A stretch of 64,000 bases of DNA from an uncultured Hormoscilla sp. (GCA_963921275.4 OZ001293.3:480001-544000); one strand, 5' to 3'. Positions 1-12,543 are shown, numbered from the stretch's first letter. Notes: generated by a model not told the origin, from the sequence alone. A program made the numbers and translations.

Positions 1-551
1 GCTTCTTACCATATCCGTCCTACGTCTGCATATCCCAGGCATTACCCCAGGCGTTGGCTTCTTAGAACATCCTTCCTCTTCGCGGCTTGCGCTTTACATC
101 TAACTGGTCCAAATGGGGACAGCTCACGTGAGGTTACTTCGTTCCCTAATATCATTTCTCGATGCTTGTAGGCCCCTGCTATACCCCGGGAGTTCTTTGG
201 GTGCGATGCTGGCAATAGATGACTACCAACACTAACTACCATTTTCCCTTTTGGGCCAGCGTATAAGCCTTATTCCGCTGGTTCTATGTAACGAGGCTTT
301 AACAGGTTCGCTTGTTCTAACCATGAGCATCTTTCCTAGCGGCGTCACTGGGTTAGGCTGCCAGCTATCCTACATTTAAGTCCTAGCGGAGCACCACGGC
401 GATGTGACCCCGCAGCACTAAGGACCGGTAGTATCCTCGACCCCCCACACCTGGGGAGAGGGAATTTAACCCCCATGATAACCAGAGTTATCCGGCAAAT
501 GAAACCAGACCAGACTTCACCGTCGCCAGTTTACGCCTGAACGAATCGCAC
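1..551 (-). mobile_element. ORF-less group II intron, lineage A (5' part; runs off the window start), inserted sense in the glutaminase gene
   Basis: Minus strand begins GTGCGATTCGTTCAGG at 551; near-identical to 4874-5793 and 26007-26928; 5' exon ...TAGATG is the perfect complement of the loop CATCTA. Confidence 0.9.
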
Positions 552-1031
552 CATCTAAAACTAGATGGCAATCGGCGTTTTTATTCAGTCACGCAGGTTT
601 TCGCAGCGAGACGAACCATCTGTCCCCGGGAGTAGGGACATGAGGGCGATCGCCCCACTATTAAGCATGGGGTTGCGCGGGAAACCCTCATCTGCACGCA
701 GTTGGGCCAGGGAATTGAAGGGGCGATCGCTCGGTAACATGCCCACGTGGTCAAATACCCTTTCTGCACCCAACTGCTCTAACAAGTATAGCAAAACAAA
801 GGGCTTGACCGCACTCATTAACGAAAAAGACAGGGTCAGGTCTCCAGAGGTATAAATATCACCATTAACATTGCAGATATGCACGGCCAACCAGTCCGGC
901 TGAGCTTCAGCTAGCCCCGGGATATAATCTGGTAGTTGACCCCCCGATCGGGCATGAATTTGTGCTTGCATTACCCAGGCATCAAGTTGCGACTGAGTCA
1001 GGGACTGTAGTCCAGTTGAGGGTACTTTCAT
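552..1031 (-). pseudogene. glsA: Glutaminase, N-terminal part; frameshift/stop near 585, then interrupted by the intron
   Basis: GQLPDYIPGLA, FSLMSAVKPF, PFNSL and PRNPMLNSGAI motifs; only about 150 aa before the lesion. Confidence 0.85.
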
Positions 1032-1036
1032 CTTTA

Positions 1037-2155
1037 CTAATTTATCCCAACAATTTCTGGTAAGCCAGCAAATGCTTCGCCAACCGTTACATAGGGCTTA
1101 AGCTGAAACAGTTCTAACTCAGAACCATGAGTAGGCAGCGGTAAATGAATCATTCCCAGATCCTGGCGGCAACCGAGAAAGAACAAGCGACGCCGTAACT
1201 GGGGAGCCCCGAAATCCGCAGCCAGCAGTACACCCACCGATACATTATAGCCTAAATCCCCCATTTGATGCAAAATCTGTTGATAGAGGCTGCCGCCGCC
1301 CATCCCCTTCAGATTAGATACATTCTCCATCACAAAGAAGGGCGGATTTAACTGCTCTACAAACCGCAAAAACTCAAAGATCATTCTCCCTCGACAATCT
1401 TGTAAACCTCTCTGCTTGCCCGCCTGACTAAAAGCTTGGCAGGGCGGCCCTCCAAATACCAGATCGGGCCCTGCAACTGTACCAGATTTTTCCTGCCATA
1501 GACTTAATGGATCTTCTACAGCGGCAATGTCTTGTTCGAGAACGCAGACAGGAACCTGAAAAAAACCGCTTAAGGTAGCACAAGCATCTTGCCAACTATC
1601 GAGAGCAATGCGAATATCTATGCTGCCTGTATATTGGGCTCCAATATCCATTCCTCCCGCCCCACTGAACAAACTGAAAGCTTTCAGAGTCCGCCATCCC
1701 AAGGCCCGTGCAGCCTTAACCACCTGCTCGAACACGGCCTTGGCTAGAGGCACGGGTACGGCATTACCTACCTGAAGCTGCGTACTTGTTAGCGTCCCCG
1801 CAAATTTAACCTCATCGGGGAAGCCTTGTAAACGAGCTGCCTCTCGCACTGTAATGAAGCGGTTTTCGTAGGGGTGGACAAATTTATTGAAGATATAGCC
1901 CGTCACAGTCAAGGAGGGTCGATCGGGACCGACCCGAATCATTCTCAGGTTTGGTCCTCCCTTCCGGGTTGAGTCATGCTTAACGTAGAATTTAAAGCTC
2001 TCGTGCCAAAGCTCTTCGGGCAAATCCTGCATTTTTTGCCCGATTTTTAGAGCATCGATCCGCCTTTGCACATTGGCTCCCACGCGGCGAGCCACGTGAT
2101 TTGCCACAATTTGGCACGGAGTATTAGAATTGGAAGTTGCGTGCAATCCATTCAT
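1037..2155 (-). CDS. C5 cytosine DNA methyltransferase, circularly permuted (TRD-IX-X before I-VIII)
   Basis: VREAARLQGFPD and QVGNAVP precede LFSGAGG, GGPPCQAFS, ENV and QLRRR. Confidence 0.9.
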   Translation of the reverse strand: MNGLHATSNSNTPCQIVANHVARRVGANVQRRIDALKIGQKMQDLPEELWHESFKFYVKHDSTRKGGPNLRMIRVGPDRPSLTVTGYIFNKFVHPYENRFITVREAARLQGFPDEVKFAGTLTSTQLQVGNAVPVPLAKAVFEQVVKAARALGWRTLKAFSLFSGAGGMDIGAQYTGSIDIRIALDSWQDACATLSGFFQVPVCVLEQDIAAVEDPLSLWQEKSGTVAGPDLVFGGPPCQAFSQAGKQRGLQDCRGRMIFEFLRFVEQLNPPFFVMENVSNLKGMGGGSLYQQILHQMGDLGYNVSVGVLLAADFGAPQLRRRLFFLGCRQDLGMIHLPLPTHGSELELFQLKPYVTVGEAFAGLPEIVGIN

Positions 2156-3401
2156 CTCTTACATAGCTATGGGTGAACGTTATTATACCATCAAACAGAT
2201 TGTATAGATTTTTTTCTGGTGGTAAGTCAGCTACTTGCTGCGCTTTCCCCGTTTCGTCTAGCGTCCAGACAATATCCTGAAGATCGCGCAGGTACTCGTC
2301 ATAATGCCGCACCGCATGAATGTTGGAAAGCAGAGCGGTTTTAACTGTCATCTTACTTGGTTTAGGCTTCCCTGCCGCTGCTATCTTTAATACTTGATAA
2401 ATTCCCTTCTTAATGTCATCAGTTCTATCCATTCCCACACTAGATTTTCCATCGGAAACAGACTCTTAGCCCTTGCCACTCTTTCGACGCGGCCAATTTG
2501 AAGGTCTAGGCATGGGTTGCCCGCAAGCATTAGTCAACCAATATACTGGTTGAGGTAATATATTACTTGACCAGAGGTTTTTGTTATAGGCAGAATAAGC
2601 CATATGCCAATATTGGAAATAACGATAAAATAATTGCTCGTCTTCTCTGAGGACTCTGCCAATTTGCTGATAGGTCCAGGTGGCATAATTTTCTTTACCT
2701 TTGACCCCTAAATAAACCAGATCGTAGCCCCAAGTTCTTTCTTGTAGTTTCGGAAGCAGAATATGCAGTTCGGATGATGTCAGAAACGGATTGTTTGTAG
2801 CTGCATGTCCGCAAGCAACTAATTCGTCCTCATCTTCAATAGACTTTTGAACCTCAGCAGGAACTGCTAGGGCTAGTGTAGTAAGTGGAGCCGCTTTGAC
2901 TTCCGCAAGCAATACTATGTTTTCGGTTTCATCATGAATGATAACATCAACTGGTTCGCAACCATAATGAATAGTTAAATTGCGCGAATAAATGTTAAAC
3001 AAATGCTGGAGAAATACACAAAGCAAACGACTTGTAGTTTTGCCAATAATTCCAGATGGCAGTTTATTAGCTTGATGAAAGTAAAAGTTACCTTTAAGGA
3101 CGCATCGCGGGCAAGTGTTCGTGTAGGGGTAGAGCAAAAGAGGATACTCGTCGCCGGGACAATAAAGCCATCCATTATGAGCTAGTTTGGTATAATATTC
3201 GACAGCGACAATCAGGTCAAAGGCGGCGGCAAGTGAAAGACCAGGAGCGGTAGAAGTCTGTCTGGCATTGTCCAGAGCTTGTTCGATCGCGATTTGAGCT
3301 AAGGCTGCTTCGTGCGGATGTACTTCGAGCGCTTTTGCTTTTGCTAAAAGGTTTTCTATTCCCTCAATATTAACTGGCTCTGGCTGGTGGCTTTCATTCA
3401 T
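2124..3401 (-). pseudogene. Putative Type II restriction endonuclease with one in-frame TAA (2466-2468)
   Basis: ORFs 2466-3401 and 2124-2438 share a frame across one stop; PVDVII...AEVK PD-(D/E)xK-like motif; overlaps the MTase start. Confidence 0.7.
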
Positions 3402-4717
3402 TTATTTTCCTCCTTCAGGAATGCTGCTTTTCTCACTTTCAGTGACAATATCCGGGATTTCCGATGCGATCGCATCTGGAGATGGCAAAATCTGCCGATA
3501 AGGGCGATCGCCCCAGAGATAGTCACAGATCCAATGATATAGCACGGCGAGGCGGTTGCGGAAACCAGGTAGATAAAACCAGCGAACCCCTAAGCAAAGC
3601 AACCAAGGGAGAAAACCAGTCAAATTCAGTTTTCCCAACTTAGCCACCCCAGCATTACGCTTAATAATAGCCGCCCTACCAATATCTCGATCGCGTAGGC
3701 GTAGCCGTGTGCGCGCAGCGCAATCCTGAAAAGGTAAAGGATCTTCTCTCTTTAGCTGCAACAGGATGTTTTGGGCCACCGCAACTCCAAGTTGCTGCGC
3801 TGTCGGGGCAACTCCAATTAATGCTTGCCCTTCCAGTAAGCTTAGATCTTCAATAGCATAAACTTCGGGATGTTCTGGCAACTGGAGAGTAGGTTCGACA
3901 GCAGTAGGATCTCGAAAGTGAGCTTCCACCCCTGCTGTCCAGACGATAGTCGAGGCATTAATAATCGTACCATCTTCTAAATATACGGCATTGGCAGTAA
4001 CTTCCCTCACCCTGGCCTGCAAATGTATCTTCACCCCCAGTTTCCGCAGTTGCTTTTGTGCATACTCCCCCAAGCGCCTAGGCAGGTGCGGAAGTAAACG
4101 GTTTGCAGATTGCAAAATTATCACTCGCACCTGCTGCCAATCTAGATGAGGATAATCCTTCGCTAATGGACCTTTAATCAATTCCATCCAAGCACCTGCT
4201 AATTCTACACCTGCCGGACCGCCCCCACGATCGCAAAGGTAAGGAGTTGGGGGAGTTGCGCTGGATCCCGAAAAGCAACTGTCCGTTCAAAACAATGGAG
4301 AAAGTGGTTGCGTAGGGTGAGAGCTTCTGCTATAGTTGTCAATGGTAGGGTATTTTCTGCCGCACCAGGAACTCCGAGAAATTGAGATTGACTCTCTGTA
4401 GCTAGTACGAGGAAATCATAGGGAATTGTTGGCCCGTCGGTTTCCAGAACCCGATCGGTAAAATCAATCTGCTTCACTTCGGTCATGAGAAAATGAACAT
4501 TATTCTGTCGCCGTAATATCCGACGGATGGGATAGGCAATCAACTCTGGTGGCAGTTGCGCAGCCGCTACCTGATAGATTAGAGGCACGAAGCTGTGGTA
4601 GTTGTGGCGGTCAACTAGCAACACCTCGACGCCAGCACTAGCAAGCGATCGGGCGGCCACCAGACCGCCAAATCCTGCTCCGACAATTACGATGGGAGAA
4701 CCTTGGGATGCTGTCAT
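3402..4717 (-). pseudogene. Type II NADH dehydrogenase-like FAD oxidoreductase, frameshifted near 4210
   Basis: IVIVGAGFGG and VDRHNYHSFVPLIYQVA; second GxG motif broken at the frameshift. Confidence 0.85.
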
Positions 4718-4873
4718 TGTCTTTGTGAATGGGTGAGATATTCTAGTTTAAGATCTACAAGATGTTTTGATGGGGGCGCGATCGCATGACTGCTATTTTA
4801 CCGGATCTCGTTCCTGTCTAACAACTGACTGACAGGCGAGACAAGTCCTACCCAACTGACAACTTACATTAGT

Positions 4874-5793
4874 GGTCGGGGTCGAGCTGGGAATCACTCC
4901 CCAACCCTCCAAGAGCGGAACCGGACTTGCGACTTTCACCGCTGGGGCTTGTCCTTAGACATATTGGGTTACCCCGTATTCCCCTTACCCTCTGTAATTT
5001 TACCCCTTATGGTCAATCCTATTGGACCGTTAATGATTTCAGCTCCGGAAGGTATGCGCTGCGCGCACGCTGCGCGATCGCGGAGGGTAGTTCAGCAAAC
5101 CATTCTAGCCGCTCTTCTCTAACATTTCCCCATTCTGGCAATTTATCGGGGCTCTGAACTTTACCCGGCTGAGACTCTAGTCCATATTCATACTTTTGGA
5201 TTTCTCCTAAGTTTTGCGACGTGTTAGGGCTACTTTCACCAAAGGCTTCTTACCATATCCGTCCTACGTCTGCATATCCCAGGCATTACCCCAGGCGTTG
5301 GCTTCTTAGAACATCCTTCCTCTTCGCGGCTTGCGCTTTACATCTAACTGGTCCAAATGGGGACAGCTCACGTGAGGTTACTTCGTTTCCTGGTATCATT
5401 TCTCGATGCTTGTAGGCCCCTGCTATACCCCGGGAGTTCTTTGGGTGCGATGCTGGCAATAGATGACTACCAACACTAACTACCATTTTCCCTTTTGGGC
5501 CAGCGTATAAGCCTTATTCCGCTGGTTCTATGTAACGAGGCTTTAACAGGTTCGCTTGTTCTAACCATGAGCATCTTTCCTAGCGGCGTCACTGGGTTAG
5601 GCTGCCAGCTATCCTACATTTAAGTCCTAGCGGAGCACCACGGCGATGTGACCCCGCAGCACTAAGGACCGGTAGTACCCTCGACCCCACACCTGGGGAG
5701 AGGGAATTTAACCCCCATGATAACCAGAGTTATCCGGCAAATAAAACCAGACCAGACTTCACCGTCGCCAGTTTACGCCTGAACGAATCGCAC
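4874..5793 (-). mobile_element. ORF-less group II intron, lineage A (920 nt), inserted in the last sense codon of the decarboxylase gene
   Basis: GTGCG start; DV-like and DVI hairpins at the 3' end (...CTCGACCCCGACC); no RT ORF. Confidence 0.92.
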
Positions 5794-7020
5794 CAACCAG
5801 ACATAGACGGTTGTCACGAATGACAAACTCTTTCGGTATTGGTAGTCCATGCAGACTGCGGCTACGCTGCTCACGTAGGCACCCGATGCATTCAGGATCG
5901 CGCGATCGCCAACCTCTAGTCTTGCCATCTTTTCGTTAAGACAAAAATAATCTATCTCATAACAGATACAACCTGCGAGGTCATGCAGTAACATCGGTCC
6001 TTCTCTCAACGGGATCTGAGCAACTGCTGGACGCGGTGCCCAGAACATCAAGTTCCAAGCAGAGGTATCCAAAACAACAAGGCGATTCCCAGAAGGACGA
6101 TCGTCTGCTGCTTTGACTTCTGCAACCAGGTAGCCCGCCATCATCGTTAATAGCATTCCCGGCTCAATCACCAGCCGTACTGGTTGCTGGCGCTGGTCAT
6201 TTATGCGGGTAAGGGTCTTACCTACTCGATCCCAAACCCCTTGTGCGATCGGTCTTTGCATATAGAAGAGGTAAGTCCAACCGCCGCCGAGATTGATCGC
6301 TTCAACTGAGGGAAAGATTTCCAAGTAAGATACTAGCACATCGAGGGTCTGATGTAGATCTGCTTTTGAAAATTTTTCACCTTCATGAAGGTGAAGATGG
6401 ACTACCTCAAGCCCATGAGTTTGTATGAGGTCCTATAGACTGGGATCTAAAGGATCCACTCCAAATCTGCTCAACCTGCTGACTACATTCGTCCCCTTGG
6501 CATCTTCGGCCAAAGGAAGGCGAAGTCGAAGCCCGACTCTTTTGTTTCCGTTGTTTCCGTCAAGGCATTCGCACCAGAGACGCAACTGAGAGAGACTGCA
6601 CAAATCTGAAATCACGCCCTCAGTTGCCAAGCGCTTCAGGTCGGCAACTGAGAAGCCTGGTGCTGTAGAGTAGATTGGCGACAGCCCTGCTACAATGGCA
6701 GCATCTAGCTCTTGTATCGTCGAAATGTCTGCTCCCAGCCCAAGTTTAGCCATATGACGCAACACAGATGGGCAGCGGTTTGCTTTGACCGCCAAACAAA
6801 GATCGACATTGGAAATTTGTCTGAGGTCGTTTCGTAAAGCCGTTACAGTGTTAGTGATGGCATCTAGGTCGTACACAAGTGCCGGGGTGGGAATATCCCC
6901 GGCAATCTCTAACACTGTCTCCGGAATAGGTAGATGAATGTTCGTCCAATTTCTAAATTCTGCTACATCATCTCGCCACCAATCTTTGATTTCTTGGTTG
7001 CTATTGTCTTTGGCGCTCAT
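5794..7020 (-). pseudogene. PLP-dependent diaminopimelate/ornithine decarboxylase family protein (in-frame stop at 6433, frameshift near 5850; final GAC TAA lies beyond the intron at 4869-4873)
   Basis: TPALVYD, LAVKANR, SRFGV, INLGGG, IEPG, GCICYEIDYF and GAY motifs. Confidence 0.8.
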
Positions 7021-7063
7021 GCTACTATAAAAATGAATTTTCGTGATTTGTTTCTCGTTGCTG

Positions 7064-7794
7064 TCAGATAGATACCTTCTGGTAAACCATATATAGATCG
7101 TCGGGAGTTACCTCTTTCAACTTCAACCCTGCCCCCTTCATCGTCTCTTCTAGAAGTTGGCCGTGCAGCATTAAGAATTTATGGCGATCGCGAGCCAATA
7201 TCTCACCTTCTTTTTCGAAACGATAGTCAGTTTCCCAAAAGTACATTTCTTGATTCTCTAGGAAAGTGAGATGCTTTTGCTGAGCGTAAACCATGCCGTT
7301 ACCAATCTCTTGCTCGCCATCGGCATCGATTTCCTCTGCTTGAATGTTAATTACAAACAAGCCACCGTCAACTAAATGGCGGGCAATATTCTCGAACATT
7401 GTAACGCTGTCGGAAAAATTGGGCAGAAAACTGTATAAGTGGTAATCATTCCCAACCCGACATACACCTGCCGGGCCCCCATGGGAATAGATCCCATCAA
7501 AAGATTCTTGCAGGTCCATTGATAAGACATTACCTTCTACTAGCTTTGCCCGATTTCCCAAACGAGCTTTACCCGGTCTAACATAGCAGGAGTAAAATCT
7601 ATTCCAGTTATCTCATACTCGGGATCTAGTTCCAGCAGTTTTTCTACAACCAATCCCGTTCCTACCCCGATTTCGAGAAGTTTTTCCCGACCTTTGAGGA
7701 TAGAGTCGAGGGACTGAGCTGCTTTCGGATAGTCGTAATACACGCTCTCCACAGTGGTCTCATAATACTCGGCAATTTCATCGTATTTATTCAT
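7064..7794 (-). pseudogene. Class I SAM-dependent methyltransferase, frameshifted near 7565
   Basis: LLEIGVGTG, ITGIDFTPAML; two overlapping ORFs. Confidence 0.8.
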
Positions 7795-7828
7795 GGTCCT
7801 AGCTCTCCTCAAGCAATTTTTTTTGACA

Positions 7829-8302
7829 TCAATGTTCTTTCGCCAAGCGCTGCTCTCTATGCTGCGCGAGTTGGTATTTTGTCAATATATCTAAGGGCAA
7901 GTAAGCCGCCCCTCTAATTTTACCCAGGCAATCTTTGCTTTGACAAAGACAATCAAATTCTCTATCCATCGACCATTCCGTCGATGGATAGAAGAAAGTC
8001 AGTTCCTCGCCAATTTCAATTTTACTCAAGGCCCTCAACGAGAGATCGCTCATATCAAAAAATACATTGGGAGCGCAGCTATGATTGATATACTGCAAAA
8101 AATCCGGGTCGAGCATAATATGTTGGAGATCGCCAATTTGGACGGTTAAATAATTGGGGCAATATAGGATATTTTTTGCGCCAAATTTACATATAACCTG
8201 TCCGGGCATAAACTCGACGGTGGCTTGCAGGGATTTGCTCCCAGTTGTAGGGCACTCCCGGATCTCGGCCCATGATGCAACTTTTATAGTTTTTTCCGCC
8301 AT
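7829..8302 (-). CDS. SET domain protein with post-SET cysteines
   Basis: INHSCAPN, GEELTFFY, FDCLCQSKDCLG. Confidence 0.9.
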   Translation of the reverse strand: MAEKTIKVASWAEIRECPTTGSKSLQATVEFMPGQVICKFGAKNILYCPNYLTVQIGDLQHIMLDPDFLQYINHSCAPNVFFDMSDLSLRALSKIEIGEELTFFYPSTEWSMDREFDCLCQSKDCLGKIRGAAYLPLDILTKYQLAQHREQRLAKEH

Positions 8303-8493
8303 CTAGCTTTTCTCCAAGTCATCCTCTAATAGCGCTATAAAATAAAGGCACTTTTTCAGCTTACCGCATGTGACCGCAACCCGTTGCAGGCACTCTACCA
8401 CTATAAGGGGCAATCGCGCTCCTGTCAACATTACTGGACAAGTAATGAAGATCGATGGCAGTATGGTCGTAAGTCCTTTCAGGGTTGTCCCCC

Positions 8494-9441
8494 ATGAAAC
8501 CTCCCGTTTGGAAAATTACCCTTGTCTTGGCGATCGCCGTTTTGGCGATTTCCACTTCCGCTATTTTCAGCCGCTTGGCTTTTGAGGCTGCGGGCACCCG
8601 GGCCCTAGGGTTTAGCCTGGTACTGGCAGCCTCCCGCTTAACCCTGGCGGCCCTAATTTTGCTGCCCACTTGGGGTAAAGTCCGACTGAGCCAGCAATCT
8701 GCCCGGGCGATAGGGTTAGCTGTTGCCGCTGGCCTGTTTCTGGCCGTACATTTTCCCGCCTGGATTACCTCCCTGGGTTATACTTCCATTGCTGCTTCCA
8801 CGACTCTGGTGACTACTAATCCAATTTGGGTTTCTCTTCTTTCTTGGGTTTGTTTTCGGGAAAAAATTACCTCGACAAGTGCTACTGGAATTGCGATCGC
8901 CATTGCTGGGGGCATCCTGATTGGCTTTGGGGATGCTGGCAGCGGCGACCCGGGAAGCAATCCGATCTTGGGGGACTTTCTGGCTTTAATAGGGGCTTGG
9001 GCAATTAGCTTTTACTTGCTTCTCGGTCGGGAGGCCCAGCGTCAAGGGATAAGTCTGGGCGGCTATATGGCAGTTGCCTACAGTACTGCCGCTTTAGTTC
9101 TATTGCCAATGCCGTTCTTATTCGGCGGCACCTACGCGGGCCATTCTCCCCCAGTTTATTTCTATATTCTATTGATGGCGATTTTGCCCCAGTTGGTCGG
9201 CCACTCTGGATTGAACTGGGCTGTTCTCTGGATGTCCCCCACCTTGGTTACCCTCTCTATCCTCTTTGAACCCCTTGGCGCTAGTTTCGGAGGCTACCTA
9301 CCTCATCTTTGGCGAGGTTCCTACTATACAGGTATTTGCTGGTGCTGTTCTCTTGCTCGCAGGGGTGGCAGTTGTGGCGATCGGCCATGGAACTGGGAAA
9401 CCAAGGCACAAAAAAGAACTTTAGGGGCGGTGACGGCGTAG
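8494..9441 (+). CDS. DMT/EamA family transporter (probable frameshift near 9300 alters the C-terminus)
   Basis: Multiple TM helices, TSIAASTTLVTTNPIWV, LFEPLGA. Confidence 0.8.
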   Translation: MKPPVWKITLVLAIAVLAISTSAIFSRLAFEAAGTRALGFSLVLAASRLTLAALILLPTWGKVRLSQQSARAIGLAVAAGLFLAVHFPAWITSLGYTSIAASTTLVTTNPIWVSLLSWVCFREKITSTSATGIAIAIAGGILIGFGDAGSGDPGSNPILGDFLALIGAWAISFYLLLGREAQRQGISLGGYMAVAYSTAALVLLPMPFLFGGTYAGHSPPVYFYILLMAILPQLVGHSGLNWAVLWMSPTLVTLSILFEPLGASFGGYLPHLWRGSYYTGICWCCSLARRGGSCGDRPWNWETKAQKRTLGAVTA

Positions 9442-9539
9442 TGACGAAGCTGGGGATAATCTCATTGTCTCGGTGAATGCAAATGAGCGAGATATTCTAG
9501 TTTAGGATCTACAAGACGTTTTCATAAAGGCGCGATCGC

Positions 9540-10439
9540 ATGACTGTTATTTTACCTGCTCTCGTTCCTATCGGCTTTATCATTATCATTGGTTTCATCG
9601 CTGCTCGCACCTTGACCCTAGAGAAGCAAACCCTTTCTCAACTAGCCATCTACATCCTCTCACCAGCTTTAATTGTCTCCAACTTGTACAATACAACCTT
9701 GTCTGCCGAAAGCACCGCCCTTTTGATTGCTGGATTTGCAATTACCTCTTGGCTAGTTTACCTGACGAGTCAGGGATTGGGCAAACTCTGCAAATTATCG
9801 CCACCAGTCCAAAAAAGCCTGATTGCTAGCACTGTGTTTCCCAATACCGGAAATTTCGGTCTTCCTTTCATTACCTTTGCTTTAGGAGAAGCTGGACTGG
9901 AAAGAGCTATTGTCTGCCTGATAGCAGCCGCTATCATATTATTTTCCGCAGGTCCAGCCTTGATCGAGGGAGGTGGTTTTCTTGCAGGGGTGCGCTTAAC
10001 ACTCAAGCTGCCTCTAGTTTGGGCAATGCTGACCGGATTAATTCTACGACTTTTCGCTATCGAACTCCCCTGGCAGATGGATAAAGGTGTGGAAATGCTA
10101 GGATATGCATCTATCCCCATTGCCTTGGTGATTCTGGGCATGCAATTAGCTAGCACTCGCTTTGCTCTGGGCATTTATGAAGCGAGTGCTGCTGCCCTGC
10201 GCTTGTTAGTATCGCCTTTAATTGCCTATCTCGTCGGTCGCTATTTGCTGCACATGGATGGGTTAGATGTGCAAGTCTTGGTGTTGGATTTGGCCATGCC
10301 TACGGCAGTGAATACGGTCGTGTTAGTTACCGAGTTTGGGGGAGATGCTCCCCGTGCCGCCCGCACTGTTGTTGTTTCTACGCTGATGAGTTTTTTCACT
10401 CTCCCTTTCGTTCTGTGGGCATCGACAAACTTCGGGTAA
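9540..10439 (+). CDS. AEC (auxin efflux carrier) family transporter
   Basis: FPNTGNFGLP and AMPTAVN motifs. Confidence 0.88.
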   Translation: MTVILPALVPIGFIIIIGFIAARTLTLEKQTLSQLAIYILSPALIVSNLYNTTLSAESTALLIAGFAITSWLVYLTSQGLGKLCKLSPPVQKSLIASTVFPNTGNFGLPFITFALGEAGLERAIVCLIAAAIILFSAGPALIEGGGFLAGVRLTLKLPLVWAMLTGLILRLFAIELPWQMDKGVEMLGYASIPIALVILGMQLASTRFALGIYEASAAALRLLVSPLIAYLVGRYLLHMDGLDVQVLVLDLAMPTAVNTVVLVTEFGGDAPRAARTVVVSTLMSFFTLPFVLWASTNFG

Positions 10440-10487
10440 TTGCTTTTACGCAGTGCGCGTAGCGCTATGGTTAATGGTTAATTGCCA

Positions 10488-11087
10488 TTAACCTTTTCGG
10501 ATCGCCTGTAGGAATTCGTTCACCGCCTTGTATTGGTCGGGATGTCCGAGATACCGTTGCAACAGAGATAAATCTAAATCTGGCAGCAAGGTACTGCGAT
10601 CGACTTCTTCATACTCGCCCTCTCTCAAACAAAAGACCCTGAGTTGGTCTGATTTCCAGAACCAGATTTCAGGTACTTGCTTCGGTTTATATAACTCCTG
10701 TTTATCAATTGTACCACTCGTGAGTATGACTTCAATGACGATATCTGGAACTTGCTTGCGACTGCCAAAACTGTAAGCATCATCTGGTCTCCCAGATGCA
10801 TACCCAGGTTCGGAAATGGTAAAGCCCCCGAGAGCATAAAACTGAATGCCTTTCTCTCTCATGTATGCTTCTATCAGCAGGTTCAGAGTCCTTTTAATGT
10901 ACTCGTGTTCTGGGCCAATTGGTGACATGATTTCCAGCACTCCTCCTAAATATGTCAGTCTGACATTTCGGTTGTTCTCCAACTGTGCTGCTATTCCTTG
11001 GAACTGCTCCCAAGTGATGCCATTTAATGTGAGAATCTTTGACTCTACTGGCTGAATAGCTAGTTTTTATAACAAGTTTGTGGTCAT
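10488..11087 (-). pseudogene. Uma2 family endonuclease with an early in-frame stop
   Basis: LNGITWEQF, LEIMSP, PDIVIEV, VPEIWFW; TAA at codon 7. Confidence 0.75.
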
Positions 11088-11178
11088 TTTTTACCTTCCT
11101 TTTTAATCATTGTGGCTTTGGCTTCAACAACTAAAAGTAGTTGCCTAAGTTATAGCATTTATTTCATCCGCTCGACAA

Positions 11179-12543
11179 CTATTTGCTTTCATCTTCTCTC
11201 TGCAACCGCCAACCCGGTTTCACTACTTGACGCGATCGGGCAATAACTAAGGCATCATCCCCCACATCTTCTGTCACTACCGAACCCGCTGCTACCGTCA
11301 CGTCTTTCCCCAAGGTCACGGGCGCAACCAACACGCTATTGGAACCGGTTTTAGAGCGATCGCCTATTGCAGTCCGATGCTTTTTCACCCCATCGTAGTT
11401 AGCAGTAATCGTGCCAGCACCGATATTAACTCTTTCCCCTAACTCTGCATCCCCTAGATAAGCAAGGTGGGCCACATTGGTGCGATCGCCCACCAAAGTA
11501 TTCTTGATCTCGACAAAATTCCCCAGACGACAGGACTCTCCCACCTCCACGTGACCCCGCAGATGAGTATAAGGGCCAACACGAGTCCCCGCCTTGACCA
11601 CGCTATCAGTCACCACCGAGTACAGCACCGTGACATTTTCACCAATCTGACTATTCTCGATCGAGCTACCCGGTCCAATGCGACTCCCCGACTGAATCAC
11701 TGTATCGCCGCGCAGATGGGTTTGCGGTTCAATAATCACATCTGACCCGATGCGCACAGTATCATCAATGGTAATGCTATCGGGGTTAACCAGGGTCACG
11801 CCCTGGGCCATCCACAGATCCTTCACCCGGTCTTGCAAAATATCATAGGCTGTCGCCAACTGCTTGCGGTCATTGATGCCGAAAATCTCTTGATAATTTT
11901 CCACATCCATTGCCATCACTGGACGCATCAAGCTACAAGCATCCGTCAGATAATACTCCTGCTGGTCATTTTCCGACTGTAGCTGAGGTAGCACCCGTGC
12001 CAGCTGTTGCCAGTTGAAACAGTAGACCCCAGCATTAACCCGGCGATTTTGCCGCTGGGCCGCCGTGCAATCTCGGTCTTCAACAATTTGTTGCAGAAAA
12101 TTGTCCTGGTCGCAAAACACCCGACCGTATCCTTTCGGATTAGGAATCTGGGCAGTTAGAATAGTGGCTGCATTCTGACGTGCCTTATGGGTTGCCATCA
12201 GCTGCTGAATCGTTTCCGGTCGCAATAAAGGCACGTCCCCGTTCAGAACCACCAGATCGCCGGTGAAGTCCTGTAGGTGGGGTAATAATTGCTGAATGGC
12301 ATGACCAGTCCCCAACTGCTGAGTCTGTTCGACAAACTCCAGGTCGGGATAGTCAGAAAGGGACTGTTTCACCCAATCTCCCCGATAACCGACGAGCACC
12401 AGACGGCGCTGGACCGACAGCAAACGACTGCTGTCCAGTACCCGGGCAATGAGGGTACGGCCCGCCAGGGAATGTAAAACCTTCGGCAGTTGGGACTTCA
12501 TGCGCGTCCCCCGTCCAGCCGCTAGAATTGCTACTGCTACCAT
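11179..12543 (-). CDS. glmU: Bifunctional UDP-GlcNAc pyrophosphorylase / GlcN-1-P acetyltransferase
   Basis: [18 protein letters not shown], hexapeptide repeats, NYDG. Confidence 0.97.
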   Translation of the reverse strand: MVAVAILAAGRGTRMKSQLPKVLHSLAGRTLIARVLDSSRLLSVQRRLVLVGYRGDWVKQSLSDYPDLEFVEQTQQLGTGHAIQQLLPHLQDFTGDLVVLNGDVPLLRPETIQQLMATHKARQNAATILTAQIPNPKGYGRVFCDQDNFLQQIVEDRDCTAAQRQNRRVNAGVYCFNWQQLARVLPQLQSENDQQEYYLTDACSLMRPVMAMDVENYQEIFGINDRKQLATAYDILQDRVKDLWMAQGVTLVNPDSITIDDTVRIGSDVIIEPQTHLRGDTVIQSGSRIGPGSSIENSQIGENVTVLYSVVTDSVVKAGTRVGPYTHLRGHVEVGESCRLGNFVEIKNTLVGDRTNVAHLAYLGDAELGERVNIGAGTITANYDGVKKHRTAIGDRSKTGSNSVLVAPVTLGKDVTVAAGSVVTEDVGDDALVIARSRQVVKPGWRLQREDESK

